From Balanoglossus misakiensis (lineage: Eukaryota > Animalia > Hemichordata), in contig CM082596.2 of NCBI GenBank assembly GCA_040954595.2, positions 780,736 through 844,735 on the forward strand: a stretch of 64,000 nt of DNA, written 5' to 3'. A program made the position numbers and the translations under genes. Below the pieces are notes generated by a model, which was not told the origin of the DNA, made no database searches, and was given only the letters and a program-made list of their open reading frames with translations. The number at the start of each line of letters is the position of its first letter. The stretch's first letter is position 1. Positions 10,301 to 25,978 of the stretch are shown in pieces.

Positions 10301-13300
10301 TTTAGTATGTTGGTATTGTATGCAAGTTACACATCACCGTAGAAATCTCGCAATCACTGAGAAATCCGCTTTCGATCGGATTAAAGGTTTGAATGAGCCA
10401 GACGTAATTCGAAACAACCGTTTAAAATATTGAACAATCCCGCAAAGTAAAGCCAGGGAAACTCAATGAGCCTCTTTGAAGCAGGGTTGTGAATTTCTGA
10501 AAGCGTACAAATTCCCAGGAGTTCCAGGTGTAAATTGAAATTCCAAGATGCAGAGGATGAGTTGCTCGTGTCAGCTTCATCGAAAAAGGATGAGTAATCA
10601 AGACAAACAAGATTATTATGGAATGAGTCTGTCATGTTTTGAGTTTTGAAAAAACTGCATAATTACCAGCAAGTGCACTGCAAACAAAGATAAATTGTCA
10701 ACAGGAGTGTCCTATTCTTTTTCTGTTGGGTATAGTATAACTTCAGAAATTCATCCATTCAATTATTTGGCTCCATACAGGCTTGTCCTGTAGGGTCCAG
10801 CCAATCCTAAATGTTTAGTCTATAAATATTTCAGTGGTAAAAACATGCACCAGTTCTTTCTGATCATGAATCATGCAGCAACAAGTCTGACACACATTTC
10901 AAGTAAACATTTCATTCTGACTCAATAGTTGCTGGCTCTAATACACTGAGTGTTAAATAAAGGCAACATGTCAGTATATTATAGCATCTGCATTTCCCAG
11001 GGCCTGAGTTCACTGATGTGATTCAAACGTAACAGTTGTAAAGCTGGACGTCATAGCCATCACTTTGTAGATTTCCTAGCAATATAACACAGCCAATCTT
11101 ATCTGAATCTGAACCAATTTACTCTTTCTGGATCTGAGGCCTTCAATTTAAGAGATGCACGACTGTTAAGATGCCAATCAAACCAATTCTGTTTGTCCTC
11201 AGAATTGAAAACAAACAATCTGGCAGAATATATAATTCTCAAAAGAGACACTTTATTGCCGGCGATTGTGAGATCTGCTTTGGCAACCGTTTTAGTTTGT
11301 AAGACGAATGTCCACTCTGTCAGTAGATTTAATCAATGTATTTCAGATTGCCTTGAATGCTGTCTGAATTGCATGCATCCACACCAGTAAAAGACAGCAC
11401 TGTTTTTATTGATAGAAATGAAACAACATTTGAGACAAACTTGCTCTCTCCCAGACTCATTGCATTTTCGCTCACACTTGCACGACCTGTACAATTGTGT
11501 TACCATGCCCCGTCCCCTATTTGCATCCATATTCAGACAAATCTCCACAGGTTTTCCCAGGGCAGGCAAAATAATGCAGTGCAGCACACTCTTGCTGTTT
11601 AAATCACCAGTGCGGGTGTAATGCGGGATGTTATAAGTTGACACCTAAATCCGATATCCACAAATGAATCCGGTTTTGTAGTTAGGCGCCAAGGCTGGGA
11701 ATTGCAAAAAAGCAACGAGATACACGAATTACCACTCACATGTAATCGTCAAGATCAATTGCAGAATTTAGTCAGCGCTGTTAGGACAGATTTGAGAATT
11801 ATTGCCATGGTCCTCTGTGGTTTCTGTGTTCAAGGAATTTCTCTCGGGGGCACGTCATTAGTCGCCTTGATCAATACAAGGTTCCACATGAAAAATGAGC
11901 TGTGATCTCTTCGAGTCATTTGGAAGAAAATGTGCACTGCTAGGGATGGACAAAACAGTACCTACTTAAAAGTGCAGCATCCTTGATTAGATGCTCCAGA
12001 ACTATTCTATATGTAGGAGGCAATTCAGATGGGGAAACTATCAACCTTGTGTCAGATAATACCCGTCATACAAGTCCATTAATCACTGCGAGTGTGAAAC
12101 TCATTCACTTCAAAGTAATTCCAAATGTGGGGAGATTATGGTACTGTCGCAGAGCAGGTGACAAATTTGCACCAAGCGTTGCTATAGGCCTGAAAAATAC
12201 TCTTACATTAAGTGACCCTTGCTTTGTGCCTTCAGAAAGAAAGCATATGTATGAATTAACTTTGTATCTATACGTGTGTAGCTTCTTGCTTTTCCATAAA
12301 ATAAGTGACAGGACAATTAGTAATCTTCATCGATTTAACCCAGCTAGTACTCTCGTCAGAGCCGTCTAATGAAACATCTCACTGTTTTGTGGTCTCTGCA
12401 GGGCTGATATACACTTTAGAAAAATAACCACTGGTGTTTGCATGTAGCTTCAAATTGTTGTTTTGTGTCAAGTGTTCCTAATTCAAAGCTTTGCGACTGA
12501 CACAGGGCACCTGTCTACTATGATTATGGATGAGCCTTCGTACTGTGTACAACCTTGATCACTTCTTGTTCGCTGGCCTGCAGATTTACTGAGATACTAA
12601 GGCTTTGACTGCCAAACATCTTTGCAAGCGCTGGATGTGTCGACTTCTCAAAAAAGGCACAGTTGATTATGTGCTTCAGATCATTGTACATGTATACCGG
12701 TACACACTCCTGTATCAGTCAAAGGTGGACCCCCTGACATCAATGATGGCGACAATGTCCAATTTCTAGAATGCAATTTTCCAGCTTGTTACATGAAGCC
12801 ATGAAACTATCCCATGTTCTGACTTGTTCAATCATCCACGACTGCACAGAGACTGATGACGACTTACGTACGTGTATACCGTACAGCGGAATCTGTCCAT
12901 CACTGCCAACAACACACTTCCTGACGCTGACATGCAGTCACCACGTTTACTTCATTGATTGATCATTACAAAATATTCAATACCTGAATATTCAGCACAA
13001 TAGTCAGGTGTCCTGCCCACTCTCAAGAGTATCCAACAGTTTTGTTCTCAGTAAAAGAACAACTAAGCAGCAGTATTTTATTTCAAAACAAAAGTTTTAT
13101 ATTCATTTCAATTCAAGCATAGGACAGGCTTGTTTTTCAGTCATGGATATGTGACTGTTACCTTTCAGACAATGCTTTTAAATGGGCACACTCCCTTCTG
13201 GTCCTGCCACACAACTTGACCATGCCCTCCAGTGAGTACTATACTTATAAATGATTCATAAACTATTCAAACACAAGCCAAATCGTTCTTGACGTAGAAA

Positions 13301-16300
13301 AGTGTGCCGCTGCCTTTGGGTAAAACAAGGGAAACTTCCAGTAATTAAAGAATGATGGGCCCTGGGCATGTCTGTGCATGTGGTACGTGTAAACATGACA
13401 TTCCCTGATGTCACGATACATACTCCGTTGTCCAACCATCCTGTCATCGGTATCTTTTGACAAACACCGGCATAGGCCAAATTTTCAGAATGCAAGAAAT
13501 TCTGAGAAATAATCACTCGGTAGCTTTGTATTGAAAATGAGTATTACAGATGCAATACTCAGAGGTGATTAGATCTTTGTGATCTTCTTGTTGCGTGATT
13601 GCCATATTATTTCATGAAAGACACAACTGCTATTAGCTTTAATCTTCCGAGGGACAATTGTGTTCTTGCCGCCAAGTATGACCATACACCCAACACATAA
13701 TGACCATCACATATAAGCCAGGATTATATATTTTGCTGGTGCATTCATTATTGGCTCAGTAACAAGTTCACATCACGTTGACTTTTAAAGCGTTGCAAAG
13801 CTAAATCCCTCGACCTGAAACATGGCCTTTGTTGGACATCTTGGCTGATGACTCGAAATGTTTCAATTTAACGCTACAGCAATCATTGATAGAGTCATCT
13901 CGGCACACCTGCCTCACTGTATCTAAACCACCAAACAGCTTCTTTAAAGCAACCTGCCTATTGAAGACATCACAAACTCTTATATTGTATTATTTTATAG
14001 CATCACTGAATATCATTTTCCGTTTGCCGCCATAAGACAACATCAAACCAGGGGCAGGTTCTGAATGACATGTCAAGCAATGAAACACAGCATTTGCGTC
14101 AAAAAACAATCAAAGTTATAGGGCCTGCTTTCACATAAACTTGTAATTCAGGTAGAGATCCAACACATGCCCCACTTCTGGTGTTGCAGATAGACAACCT
14201 GTGGCCTCAGAAAAGTTTTATCAAAAAGCTTACATGTGTATTACATGTGCGGTCAATGTATCCTTGACGCGGATCAGCAAACCTTTATGATTAATAGTTT
14301 ATAGGGTAATAATTCTTAATATTCGCTATGATTACTTGTTCATTTACATAAAAGTGAGTGTTATGGAGCCCTGAAATGCTTGTTCAGGTGTAAGTTCAAA
14401 GTTCAACTGTGTAATTAGCCTATTAAGTTGACCGAAATTGCCGTTGACTTTATATGGGGTGTCATATAATTTAATGAAGAGCAACTACGTGGAAATTAAG
14501 CACATTCTGCCTTTTCACTGGACGTATACTGTAATATTTCATTTTAAATCGCACCAAATTCCTGGAATCAAGATGTTTTCTCAACGAGCTAAACGGTTAC
14601 ACTGAGAAATTGCTATATTTGATGGCTATGATAAATACAAGGTAGCCAAGCCACCAAAGCATACATGTACATGTTGATGTGAAGGGAACTAATTTCAGAG
14701 TAATAATAGTAATTAGGAATTTCGTATCGTGTACAGTTTTAAAGAGGTGAATATCTCACACGTTTGGGATTTTATCAGGAGATTTGATGCAGCGAACTCA
14801 AACTCAGATATTTACGATTTAGTGTTAGGTCTCGTATATAACTAAACAAGGACATAAACCTGAAGAGATATCCCTGCCCATTCAACACACATGCTATGAT
14901 TTCTAAGTTTAAGTTTCTGGTAATTGCTCGCGCACACCAAAGGGAATTTCTACAACTTGGCAAAATGTTAAAACTCTGTGGTGAAGTTTTCACGTTTAAA
15001 CATGACTACCAGTAGTGTGGTTATTGATTCATGGATGGCAGTGGCACCCACAATGCATTGATTTTGGAGATGTAATCAGTTGCTCATAGCTGTGTGGAAT
15101 TCTTCAAGGGCACAGTGTTCCAGAAATAGGTTGCCACTTAGGTTGTGCTGATTCCTTCAAGGGCAATGCGTCCTGAATATCACAGTTTCTTGGCCTGATC
15201 GTCAATTTTTCTGATAAATGTTGGGATCACCACTGAAACTCAGGGACATTTTTCTGGCTGTCTATTCACTGCCTCGAGCGATCAATCGTCTCTTTCTCAG
15301 CGTCATAACGATGACGGTGATCATGATTCAACGTTGGATTTAATTGTCATCAAAGTACGTCCTTGGGGTGTGCAAACGCAGAGCAAAAAACAAGGGATAT
15401 CTTACAGGGAGCAAAATTACTACACAGTAAAAAAATCACCCGAATGTCAAGGTTGAAAGCTGTTTTAACTGAAGTCATTTTCAACAAAGTCGTTGGAAAT
15501 CTCTTTAAGGGAGAGCCTGCATGATAGATTAAACGTTAAGCCCACAAGAGTCGAAACCAAAATAACCGTGCAATGCATAAAAACTTACGAGGGGTTGTTC
15601 AATGATCTTTCTGATTTGTTTCTTTTACGACAACAATTGATCTTGGTGTAGATCTAGCGGTCATGTGCTGGTTGCTCCAATTTCTCCAGGTACAATACGT
15701 CGACTTGTTTAAATGGAGCATTGCTCAAGGAGTGTATTAGTTTTCCTTGGAGGTTTTCATTATTTTGCTTTTCTTATGAACAGTGTATGGTAATAGCAAT
15801 TTTGACGAAACTGTCAAAAGCAATACTGAAAGAATATAGATGGACAGTTGTCAAGCCTCGATAAAGTATGAATTTGTTATTAATATGAGGGATCTGTAAC
15901 CTGCTGTGCAAATCAACCTGGATTGGTCCACAAAAGAACTGTGAAATGTTTTGCTTGGCTCTTTCATACACATTTCAACATATTGCGGGCTAATGGACAG
16001 GTCAAAACAAATGAACTGGCATATGAATGGATTCTGCTTGTAAGTGACGCAAGAGATATGAACCGATAGACCTGTCAATAGTTCAAAAGTTTTCTTATTG
16101 TTTGGTGAGTGAATTAAAATAGTTGATGCACGTGTTTGTTATGACTTTGTAAGATAGGCCATTTCGTAAAAACTAAAGTCTGCTGTTTGATAAATAGATG
16201 GAAAACAGTTGTGACATGATTTCAGTAAGAAATATGTTGTTGTTGTTATAAACACTTATAGCTGATAATCGACCATGGTCAGAATCACCAAACATTAGTT

Positions 16301-19300
16301 ATCTTCTCATTTAATTTACAAATTGAACAACTAAATGTAACAACATGTATAGCCAACTATCATGGTAAAGGGGATAACACAAAACCAAACGCTGAAATCC
16401 TGTAGTTAACATCCTTTTAGGTAGCTAAATATAACTTCATTCAAGCATGACACTACCCATAGAAATTTCGAGTGCGTCATTAACCCCTTAGGTACTTTTA
16501 GAGCGCCACCTATACAGGTACTTCATGCGAGTCAACAGTCTTCACTACTGCTCCAAGTATGTCATTAACCCTTTGAACACCACAAATTTTCTTGCCAAGA
16601 TGTTTGTGTGAAATTTTATCATTCTATACATTTTTTTTCAATTCTTCCCTTAGGGTGGGGTCTGGGCTGTGATGACATAGTTCCAAATGAAAAACTCACG
16701 TCCAACACTATCCCATGATATACAAGATCTATACTTACTTGCAGTTTTTATATTATTTGTACACACACTTTTGTTGTATGCTTGCATACACTGCTGATTG
16801 TGTTAATATGGGCCTAATCTGGGAATGAAATCAGTTTATCAACAACACGCAAGATACTATCGCGGTGTTTGTCCCAATCCTGGCTATTGATGTGCGTACT
16901 AATACAGTTGACATCAATCCGCTGAGATTCCACATGCAATATTTGCGAAGTGACAGTATGTGTGCATTGTCCATAGCTATACAAAGAACGCAGAGCATGT
17001 AATTTCAATCTTCAAAATGTCGTGCTCATTACAGCATTGAGCAGGATATCCAAGCACTGACCGTGGATCTCTGCGCCTTGACAAAGTTAATATCTCAGAG
17101 GATATCAACGCCTCCGCAAAACTAATCCCCATGGTCCCTTTCATTGCAGTCACAATTATTCATGTAGGCATGGATGAAATACCAGATGGTAGTAACCAGA
17201 TATAATTCATCAATGTTAGCAATTTTTGTTTAGTTTCATTTAATTTTAATAAATTTTATTTTTCAGCCAGTCTTAATATTTAATGTTTCCTAATCAAACC
17301 AATATAGAGTATCTTTTGCGAAGTGTGATACTTATCATTTAAAACATCTAAGAGTAAGAAATCACGTAGGGAAGGAAGGCCCATCAAATGTGCAGATACC
17401 GCAGTGCTGATGACAGCATCTGCAGAACTGAAATGTAAAATACGTGATAGCTTTATCTCTGACTGCATGTACTCAGCCAGTCTGAGAGACATAGTTATAG
17501 TATTCCACATCTTTATATTCTTGAACAGCCCACTTCTTTGCATTATGCTTCTACAGCGTCCATAATGAACACATAGAATACTTGAAAGCTTAATGCTGAG
17601 TCTCCTAACATCTATGGTATAGGTTCAGTAAAATGAGGTTGCCATGTTTCATATAACATATACTTGGATGAAAGTTGATCAGTATAGAAGCAGCTGAACT
17701 TTACAAGCGGAAAATCCCAGGGTTAGAGTGGCGTTGACATCCTTTTGCTGAAAGGACTGCATCTTCCGAGGATGTACGTACAGGAAATAATATCCAAAGT
17801 ACAAGGTCGATATGGTGTAGCTGACTCGCACTATTCGTTCATGATTTTGTGGAGCGGTTAATAGATTTTCCTGTAGGACGTTGAAATCCAAAACTGAAGC
17901 GTCAATAATGTTGGGTCCTTTAACATACTCTAAATTATCTCTACAGTGTTCACTGCATGTAATCCTGCAATTAAATGGGAATTGTATATATATACCGGTA
18001 CGTCTTTACACAGGGACTCGCAGACTATTTTCTTGACGAGCACAATACATTGCATACTTATACTTTGCTAAAAGATCGAAAAAAGTATGCCCGAAAGGTA
18101 TCTTTAAAATCCTGTCTTTAATGTTCCCATATCAATCGACAAAACATCGCTGTAAGGCATGTTCAGTTTGTACCATCTGAATTCACCAATGTGGCGTGAC
18201 CCTCAATGGATATTCTGAAGGAAATGACACGACTGATGATAGGTGTCCCTCTAATGCATCGACTTGTATTGTCGCGAATACCTACTAGGCAGCGTCAATT
18301 GTGCCAATGTTTTGCTTTGCTTTTTAACAGAAAACTTTTAAAGTTCCATTAGATCTTACTTTTTGGTATTTACGGTGTACTTGTGAATCGTGTAATATCT
18401 TATAATTGCTGTTTCTTGTTTGAATCCCTGAAGCATAATGAACTATCCAGGATTTACTACGGGTATATGTAAAATAAATGGTGATTGTATTCCTTTAATG
18501 ATTAGCTCTCAGTAATATTTAGCACGTAAACATCTCTGCTTTGAGAATTCTACAACAATATAGATATTTAGTGTTGTGTATTCTCAATTTGGTCACATAT
18601 CATGTATGTATTCCGTTGAATTATTACACATTTATTTCACGAGATCTTGTGTCATGAATAATCCAAAACATGTGTGGTTTATCCTTGCATAAAAGACTTT
18701 TGAGTCCATAATGAAAGGAAGTCGAAAAAAGCTTCACAGATTTTGAAAGTATTCCTCTGGGATTTTAAGATTTTAGTAAAACCACACATTTCTCATGGTT
18801 GAAATATTATTTTAACAATACCACAAATTTATGCACTACTCCATCCCTTAATTCTCAACAGTAGTATCAAAGTCGGCATTTCCTATCTTTTCTTCTTTCT
18901 GTCACTTTCATTATGCTGGATATTTGGAATCTATAAAACAGACTAATTATACGCACAGATCCGGAGAATATGTTCTTCATTTTTGTTGATCCGGCTTGGA
19001 GTTTGGGTTTAGAATCTTAAAATGGAGAGGAAGAGAAATCCTTGCCACTGCAATATTGAAACGCAATAATGTAGCACGCAATTATATAAACCACCCATTT
19101 CGAGTAAAATACGATTTAGGATGGCGGGGATCGAGCCCATATCAGGCAGTGAGTGATGTTCCATCTGAGAACCGTACTTTGATCCAATAAGTAGACATTA
19201 AAATAATAAATTTGCCAGTTTTACGACCAGAATTCCTTTCCCTATAAATGTACAACGATTTTTATGTGAAGATATATACGTGTATCACTCATCATGGACA

Positions 19301-21420
19301 GATTTACCAAGGCAGGGCTTATTGTCTAAATCGATTTCACGAAACAAATGTGCGCGAAGGTCATTGTGAGAAGTGGTCAGGTTTCATGAACAATTAGCAC
19401 CACAAATGATTATCCCTCAATCACGTAAATCGAAGTGATTTAACCTTTAACTTTTTGACGCAATTTTGTGTGAATGCGCGGCTGCATTGCATTGCGATTA
19501 AAAAATCCAATTAACGGCAATACTGTATATTGCACAATGTGTGGAATGTAGAAAATATTCCTGAAATCTCAGCTTTCCTTTCATCTGACACTCAAAGCTA
19601 TAACAAGTAGAGTTTCCCTCACGGTTTGACGTCATTGTGAGATTTTGTAATTGGTTCTTTTTTGTCACGTAACGGTACTGTCTGTCACATTTTCTTCTTT
19701 CGTTGTTGAATCTTTGAAATATCAACATGTCAGCTTTTACACGCATGTTGGGTAATGTTGCCATTAAAATGTCCATAAGGGGGTAATTTAAACATCGATC
19801 TTGACTCTAATACTAGTAGAGTACAGTAACAAGACCTTGGATGGAGTGCTCTAATTTCTACTGCTTGTGAAAGGCTGTTTTGTGTTCCATTATTGATTTG
19901 TAGGTGTACAAGAGTGACTGTTTTTATTTGTTTCTCATCATAAGCTTCTTGGTATTATGAATTGATCATGTGGACGGACTATGAAAAACAATCAATCTTC
20001 AACAGTTTTTGTGATCTTGGGTCATGTGAAAAAATAACTACCTGTATGTATTGTTCTCTTTAAAGATGCTAAACTAATTACAGCTCCCTAACACCACTTG
20101 CGGGTGTAACATGCTATGCATTGCCGTAAACTATTACTTTGCGTGCTAAAAGACTGTCATCATAATATTTAAACGCTTTGCCCTTAGCATTATCTGTACA
20201 ATGATGCATTGCATGCGACGTAAACATGATAGCCTGCAGACAACAACCCCAAGTCCATTTTTTCATCATCACCTGATAAATGTACGTAACATGCATTGTG
20301 GGTATTATACCTTGCATGCACATAGGGCGGCATGACCTTGACCTTTGTTCCCCGATAGACTTGCTGATCAAATTTCACCACGGTAAATACTGAGGATTTG
20401 AAAACGGCTTTAGCGTGGACAGCGTAAAACCATGTCTTGCCCAATTAACCTGTACATTGATCGCTTCATTTCCAAATCAATTAATTTAAACAGTTTAGTC
20501 TTGCTTTCAATCAAGTGTCACCCTACTAGAAGCCTTAGCAATACTATAATTATACACCACCTATATTTCACAGCATCTGATTTCCAACCATCAATTCTTT
20601 CACTTTTCTTGCTTTTTGATTGTTTGAAGTGTCAGTATATCATTCCCTGACCGACTAGAGATTGGATAAACCATTTTCTCTTAAATTCACCCATAAATAA
20701 ATCAGACAATGAAATTCACAAATTCCAGTAGTATACCTTACTCTTGAAAAGTCATCAACCTGTCAATTAAAGTAAAATTATCCTCAATTATGTCATGCAA
20801 GACGGATTAACATTCAGGTTCCTTAGGTTATAATTGCATATTTTAAGCAGATTATAAAGTTTCTTTTTCAATAATGTCTTGTTCACTTTTAAAGCTATTA
20901 GCGTGATCCACTTAAATCTTTACTTAATTGTACTAACGATACCTGGTGAAGTAAAGGATCCTGGCATTTTTCAGTCGACATCAGGTTATTCATTTAGTTT
21001 CAGTATCATGCAATTTCGATCGCGTAATATAATGTCGGTATTTATATTCTGAAGGGCCGGTGGGTTACAACATATATATATTTTTAAAGGCGAGATTGTC
21101 ATTTTGTTTGATGGTATTGATATGTGAATAGGACGACGAACCACCAAGGGTTTAGAAGTCTACAGAGCATTACCCGTGAAACGCGCTTGTTACTTTGGTT
21201 TCTTTTGATTAGAACACTCCCGGGAATCATAAAATGAAAGGCGATGTCGTAAAACGGTGAGAGTGGGGCGGCTGCTGAAAATTTAACATATTACCTGGGA
21301 ATGGGAAAGTGTCGTATACGGTCGTGCTGCGCCGAAGTCAATTACGAAGAACTGTAAAGTAAGAACGTGAGATACAAACCTAACTGAATAAAAACTATGT
21401 ACTTGGTGCACGAACCATCA

Positions 21421-21470
21421 TTAAAGATGCTCCAGTAACTCTAACTTTTTGCCATTTTTTCAGTGTTTTT
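21421..21470 (+). mobile_element. End fragment of a dispersed TTAA-flanked non-autonomous DNA element (related copy at about 61400-61448)
   Basis: Begins ttaaag... and shares taactctaactttt (21436-21449 = 61415-61428) followed by a similar gcca..ttt..gtgtttt. Family assignment is not possible by eye. Confidence 0.4.
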
Positions 21471-24400
21471 CTCCCATGTACCTGTATCAACTCCTATTTC
21501 TTTTTCTGCTCTGGATAGCTTTAGGAAATGCTCAGTCTTTAGCTTCTCAACAAAAAAGCCTATGTAAGTACCGATATTGTTATTGTGAACGAATGTATTC
21601 AAGTCCAGACTTGAATTCAATTTTCAACAGTAACAATGCTGGTTACTGTAAAAGGCCTGTGTTGAAAAACCAACCACTCAGCCGTTCTTTATGTTTTAAT
21701 ACAGAGTGGAATAAGAATTAAACCACAGTTTATACCAAAAGCTAAAATACTGAGAAAATAGCCCAAGTGTTGGAGTCACTGGAGCTTTTCTACCATGCCT
21801 TACTACATGTTTTGAAGTTGGCAAATTTTCTCTGTGTACCACTGTACATTAACTGCGTTAATCGCAATTTGATAACTTGACGTACTTCAAAATCGAAAAC
21901 ATCAATGTTTTGTGTCCAGTCATAAAATCGTCGGCTCAATACAAAACCACATCAAATGTCTGTAATTATTTCGAGCTGAGCGTTGAAATGATTCAAACTC
22001 ACAAATTTGTTCAAATCCATTAAACTGCAACTTTCTCCCACGCTTTTTATGAAAATTGCATTTCTACGTACTTGATAACTCGATTGCCGTATCAAATATC
22101 TTTTAATAACATTCATGGGATGATAGAATATACCAGATTCTGGCATCAGCGCCGAGTCATTAAATCAAGTCTATGCCGAGAAGCCCAAGAGACCTTCCTT
22201 AATAATGTTTCGACGTATAATTCTGCAGAGGATGGCTTGATTTTCCCTCGTTTCAACCCCAGGTGAGCTTCTGTACTACTCCCGAGGTAGTACAACGATA
22301 TGATTCAACACTGTTCCAAGGTGATTATTTGCCGCAATGCAATTTTATGTCTGCACATCGGTTGCCTGGTCTACCATTGTGTGGTTCATGCAACCGACAA
22401 AAGCAGAAGTCGGAATCAACAATCTCCTGCGAATGTTGTAATCGACATCATCCCCAGGGAACCATTATCAAGACTTGGAGATACTTCCATCGGCAAACAG
22501 AACTTTCTCATTCGTGGGTTTCAAAGAAAACCACCGGCAACGAACAGGAGACGAGATCTGAGACTACGAACAAAATTACATCCACAACACATTATCGTAC
22601 ATAAAAGAACTTTTAGAGAATGCTGTGTGTGAGTTTCGATTCATACTACAAAGTCTGAGATAATTTAATCCTTCGGGGTACATGGCTGAAAACCCCCAAT
22701 CAGTCCAAAAGCATAATGCTCTCCCATTTTTTCTTTGCTATAAACATTGCAGATATTCCCCCTTTAAGCTTCACTGTAGTTTAGTTAGGAACATTGACCT
22801 GCGCACATTGACATTGCGCATCTGTGCTTACCTGTACTTATTGTTAATAGTGTTTAAAAGTATTTTAACTGCTGATGTATGATATTGAATCATAATTACA
22901 TTATCATGTACCCCGGTAAAAAGACATGAGCAACATATGTGATTAACCCAGATTGGTTTATTAATTTAACATTGAACTTCATACTATGCCAAAGTCCCTA
23001 TCGCTAGAACGAAATAAACTGAAACAGGCTTTATAGCTTAAGCACATGCAGACTGTGCCTTGCAAGTTGTTCTTGGATAACCTCTAATTTGCTTTTACAA
23101 TTCATGGTGTCTGTGAAATTGAGGTTAGTTTTAGTTAGTTCTCAATCCAACAGTTTAGTTAAAAATTTGATAGTCACAGACAAAAAATAATCAATATCTA
23201 ATATTTAATATTGGACGCCATCATGATTACATACATCAAGCAGAGAGACACTGTGCACTTCCAAACTAATCTCTACTACAGTCTTGCATTACCTAGAGAT
23301 ATTTACTTGGAAAATCCTTGTTAAAGCAAAAAAAATCTACTGTTACATAGAAAGTAGAAAATACGGCAAATTGTATTGTCTTTAATATCACCAGGGACTA
23401 TCTTACATTGGCTCAATACAAACAATTACCGTGGCTTCAGTGACTTGGGGATGTGATCTTTGACTAACTGACCCACTGTATTCCCCTTTCCCTGTGCAGT
23501 GTCAAATAACGTGTAAGTGTGCAAAATAATCTGCGCTGTTTTGGAATCCTTTAAAACTTTGATTGCATAATTGTCCACTCACAACGCAATTCAAGTCGAA
23601 AATGTCAAACGCACAAAAGCACCTATGCCGTCTATGGAAGCTTATGAAATGCTTTCATTTCTGTGCCGACTTTTTTCTGATCGAACCGATTGAATTCTGA
23701 AAACGTGGACTAACGCAGAGTAAATTATTTCCGATGGAGAATAAATTATTCTCAATTACTGGACACATTGGAAGTCAGGTGATGGACTGATGCTTTATGT
23801 GGGCCAAAAGACCTTCCATTCCTTTGAATCCTTGTGCAATACAAACTGTGTAACGGTAATTTAGTGCCCATACATGCCTCTGAAAGGCAACAATATCATC
23901 ACATTTTGTGTTTAAATGCATTATGACATTAAAAGATTGAATAGTGACCCACTATATACTGAAGATAAACCCTTCTTTTACATTGCAAGTAATATTATGT
24001 TAAATACACAGTGGTTATGTATTGATCACATACTCTTTGTATTACTGTTTAATTGTTCAAGAACTTTTTACACTGTTGAACTAAATTAATTAATTGTGTG
24101 AGAACTGCTAAGTGCTGAAGTGTGTTCATTCTTATTTACCTCAATGTGAGTAGATCATGGCTGTTCTAATTGACTATAAGTGACGTGGTCACAGTTTAAC
24201 AAGATTGAATTGATTGGAGTATCAACAAGATCAACTTTTGACATCAAAGAACAATAAACCTATCCGAAAATGATAAAACATCATTATGTGAGCATCGTTC
24301 CGCAGTCATACTGATATGTAGCAAGTACCGGTATAATACTGTTTCAAATAACTACTTTTATTAACAATGCACAATTTTGCGTATTTTGGACCATTGCATC

Positions 24401-24923
24401 TTTGTTTGCCTAGTTGTCTTTGGAGTGAAAATTGTTAGTTCTTTTAGGTATTCAGCAACTGATTCTAACATAGTAGTTTTGAAAGACTGACAATTCATCG
24501 TGATAATTGCAGTGGAAATAATTGCTGTTGAGGGAAGATGAATGGCGCCACCCATGTGATTGTGTAATTATCTGTTGCTATCAATTGTCCAAGGATAGCC
24601 TCAAATGAGTTTCTTATTTCTGTCTACAGTTTGAGTAACTCAACAAGAATAGAGTTGGGGGCTTTTTATACTACCACTGCACACTCAAGAAAACCAAAAA
24701 AAGGTTTTGCATAAATGATGTTGTTACACTGAGACAGACGATACCGGGTATTACAGAATGAATAATTTGAAAATTCTACACACATCGGTCTTGCAATTAA
24801 ATCACATTTCTGGCTTCGAAGCCAGATCAGTTCTCATTTAGAATTAATTTAAAAATCACAAAGGTATTGTAATCAACTAATAACATGTGTCATTGTATAA
24901 GAGGTTGGTGTTGCATGGAGGAG

Positions 24924-24950
24924 GATGATGATGATGATGATGATTATGAT
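24924..24950. repeat. (GAT)n microsatellite
   Basis: gatgatgatgatgatgatgattatgat. Confidence 0.9.
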
Positions 24951-25799
24951 TAAGGCAAAAACTGAGATGTGTGCCACATACTTGTTTTTTATATTTGCAA
25001 ATTACATATTGTAATGTAGGGCAGAGTTCTGTCAGAACTGTTGATAAGCATTGTTTTTAATCTTTTTCCATGTGAAATTATTAAGTTTTTTCTTTTTGAT
25101 TACATATTAGAATGCATAAAACTTTGCACTTGGCTGTGATTGTCCCTTGACCTTATGTTTTAATACAAGGCCAATCCCTTTGAATCAGTCTCAGTTTCAA
25201 TTTTCTTCCCACTATGCTTGTCACACCCACCGGACAATCTTAAAAAGCACTGTGTGCATTTCATTGAACTTATCATATATCCCCTTTTCCCTCAACCAAC
25301 AAATGCTACGCAAGAGGAAATATATGCGCGGCACTTTACAATAAAACTAATTTCACTTCACTTGTTTACTTCAACCAACGTCAATGGTCGCAGGTGTTTA
25401 ATAGCGTTCAATTGCCGCTTTTGTTCAAATCTGACAAAAGTAACCGATGAGACATGTGACTTGGTTTATTGATATTTTGAGTTTGATGCGCAGCTGTATC
25501 AGGTTGACATGGAGCTTCAAGGCACCGTCAGTAGGACAAGCCATTTCATCTCACGAAAATTGCCAATGAACAAACAGATATATTCAATGCTTCAATATTT
25601 ATACTAATAGCCTTTGGTAATTCAATGTCGCTGTCAAAATTCTGGCCTGCTTTTCTCATATTGATGTTTGATTCATCTATTTTGGCCCTCATCTTGGATT
25701 GGATGAAAAAGCTAGCAGCTCTGAATCAGACCCTTACAAAAAGGGATAGTTTGCATGAAAAATGTAATTTTTCGGAATTTTGAATGAATGCCCATATGA

Positions 25800-25978
25800 A
25801 CTATTTTGGGATAATTTCACACAAACTAAAAGTGGGTAGTATTTCTGTACTGGGTAAGAATGGGCAAATCAAGCATTGTTTGAGCAAATCGATAATACAA
25901 TGGGTGCTTAGTACGTAATGTACTCTGCTGGGAGTTTTACACCATGCATTTATCCAGTTGCAATTATCCCAAAATAGT
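25800..25978. mobile_element. Inverted-repeat-bounded (MITE-like) relic
   Basis: Perfect 17-bp inverted repeat actattttgggataatt (25800-25816) / aattatcccaaaatagt (25962-25978), with weaker internal symmetry. Confidence 0.5.

Noticed and set aside
16497-16515. CTCF-like agcgccaccta motif
   Set aside because: Only a partial match and isolated, so it cannot be supported from sequence alone.
19120-19145. B-box-like gggctcgatccccgcc on the minus strand suggesting a tRNA or SINE
   Set aside because: No A-box or cloverleaf could be built.
22263-22632. Two overlapping ~110-aa ORFs
   Set aside because: No homology recognisable by eye, and no convincing exon structure.
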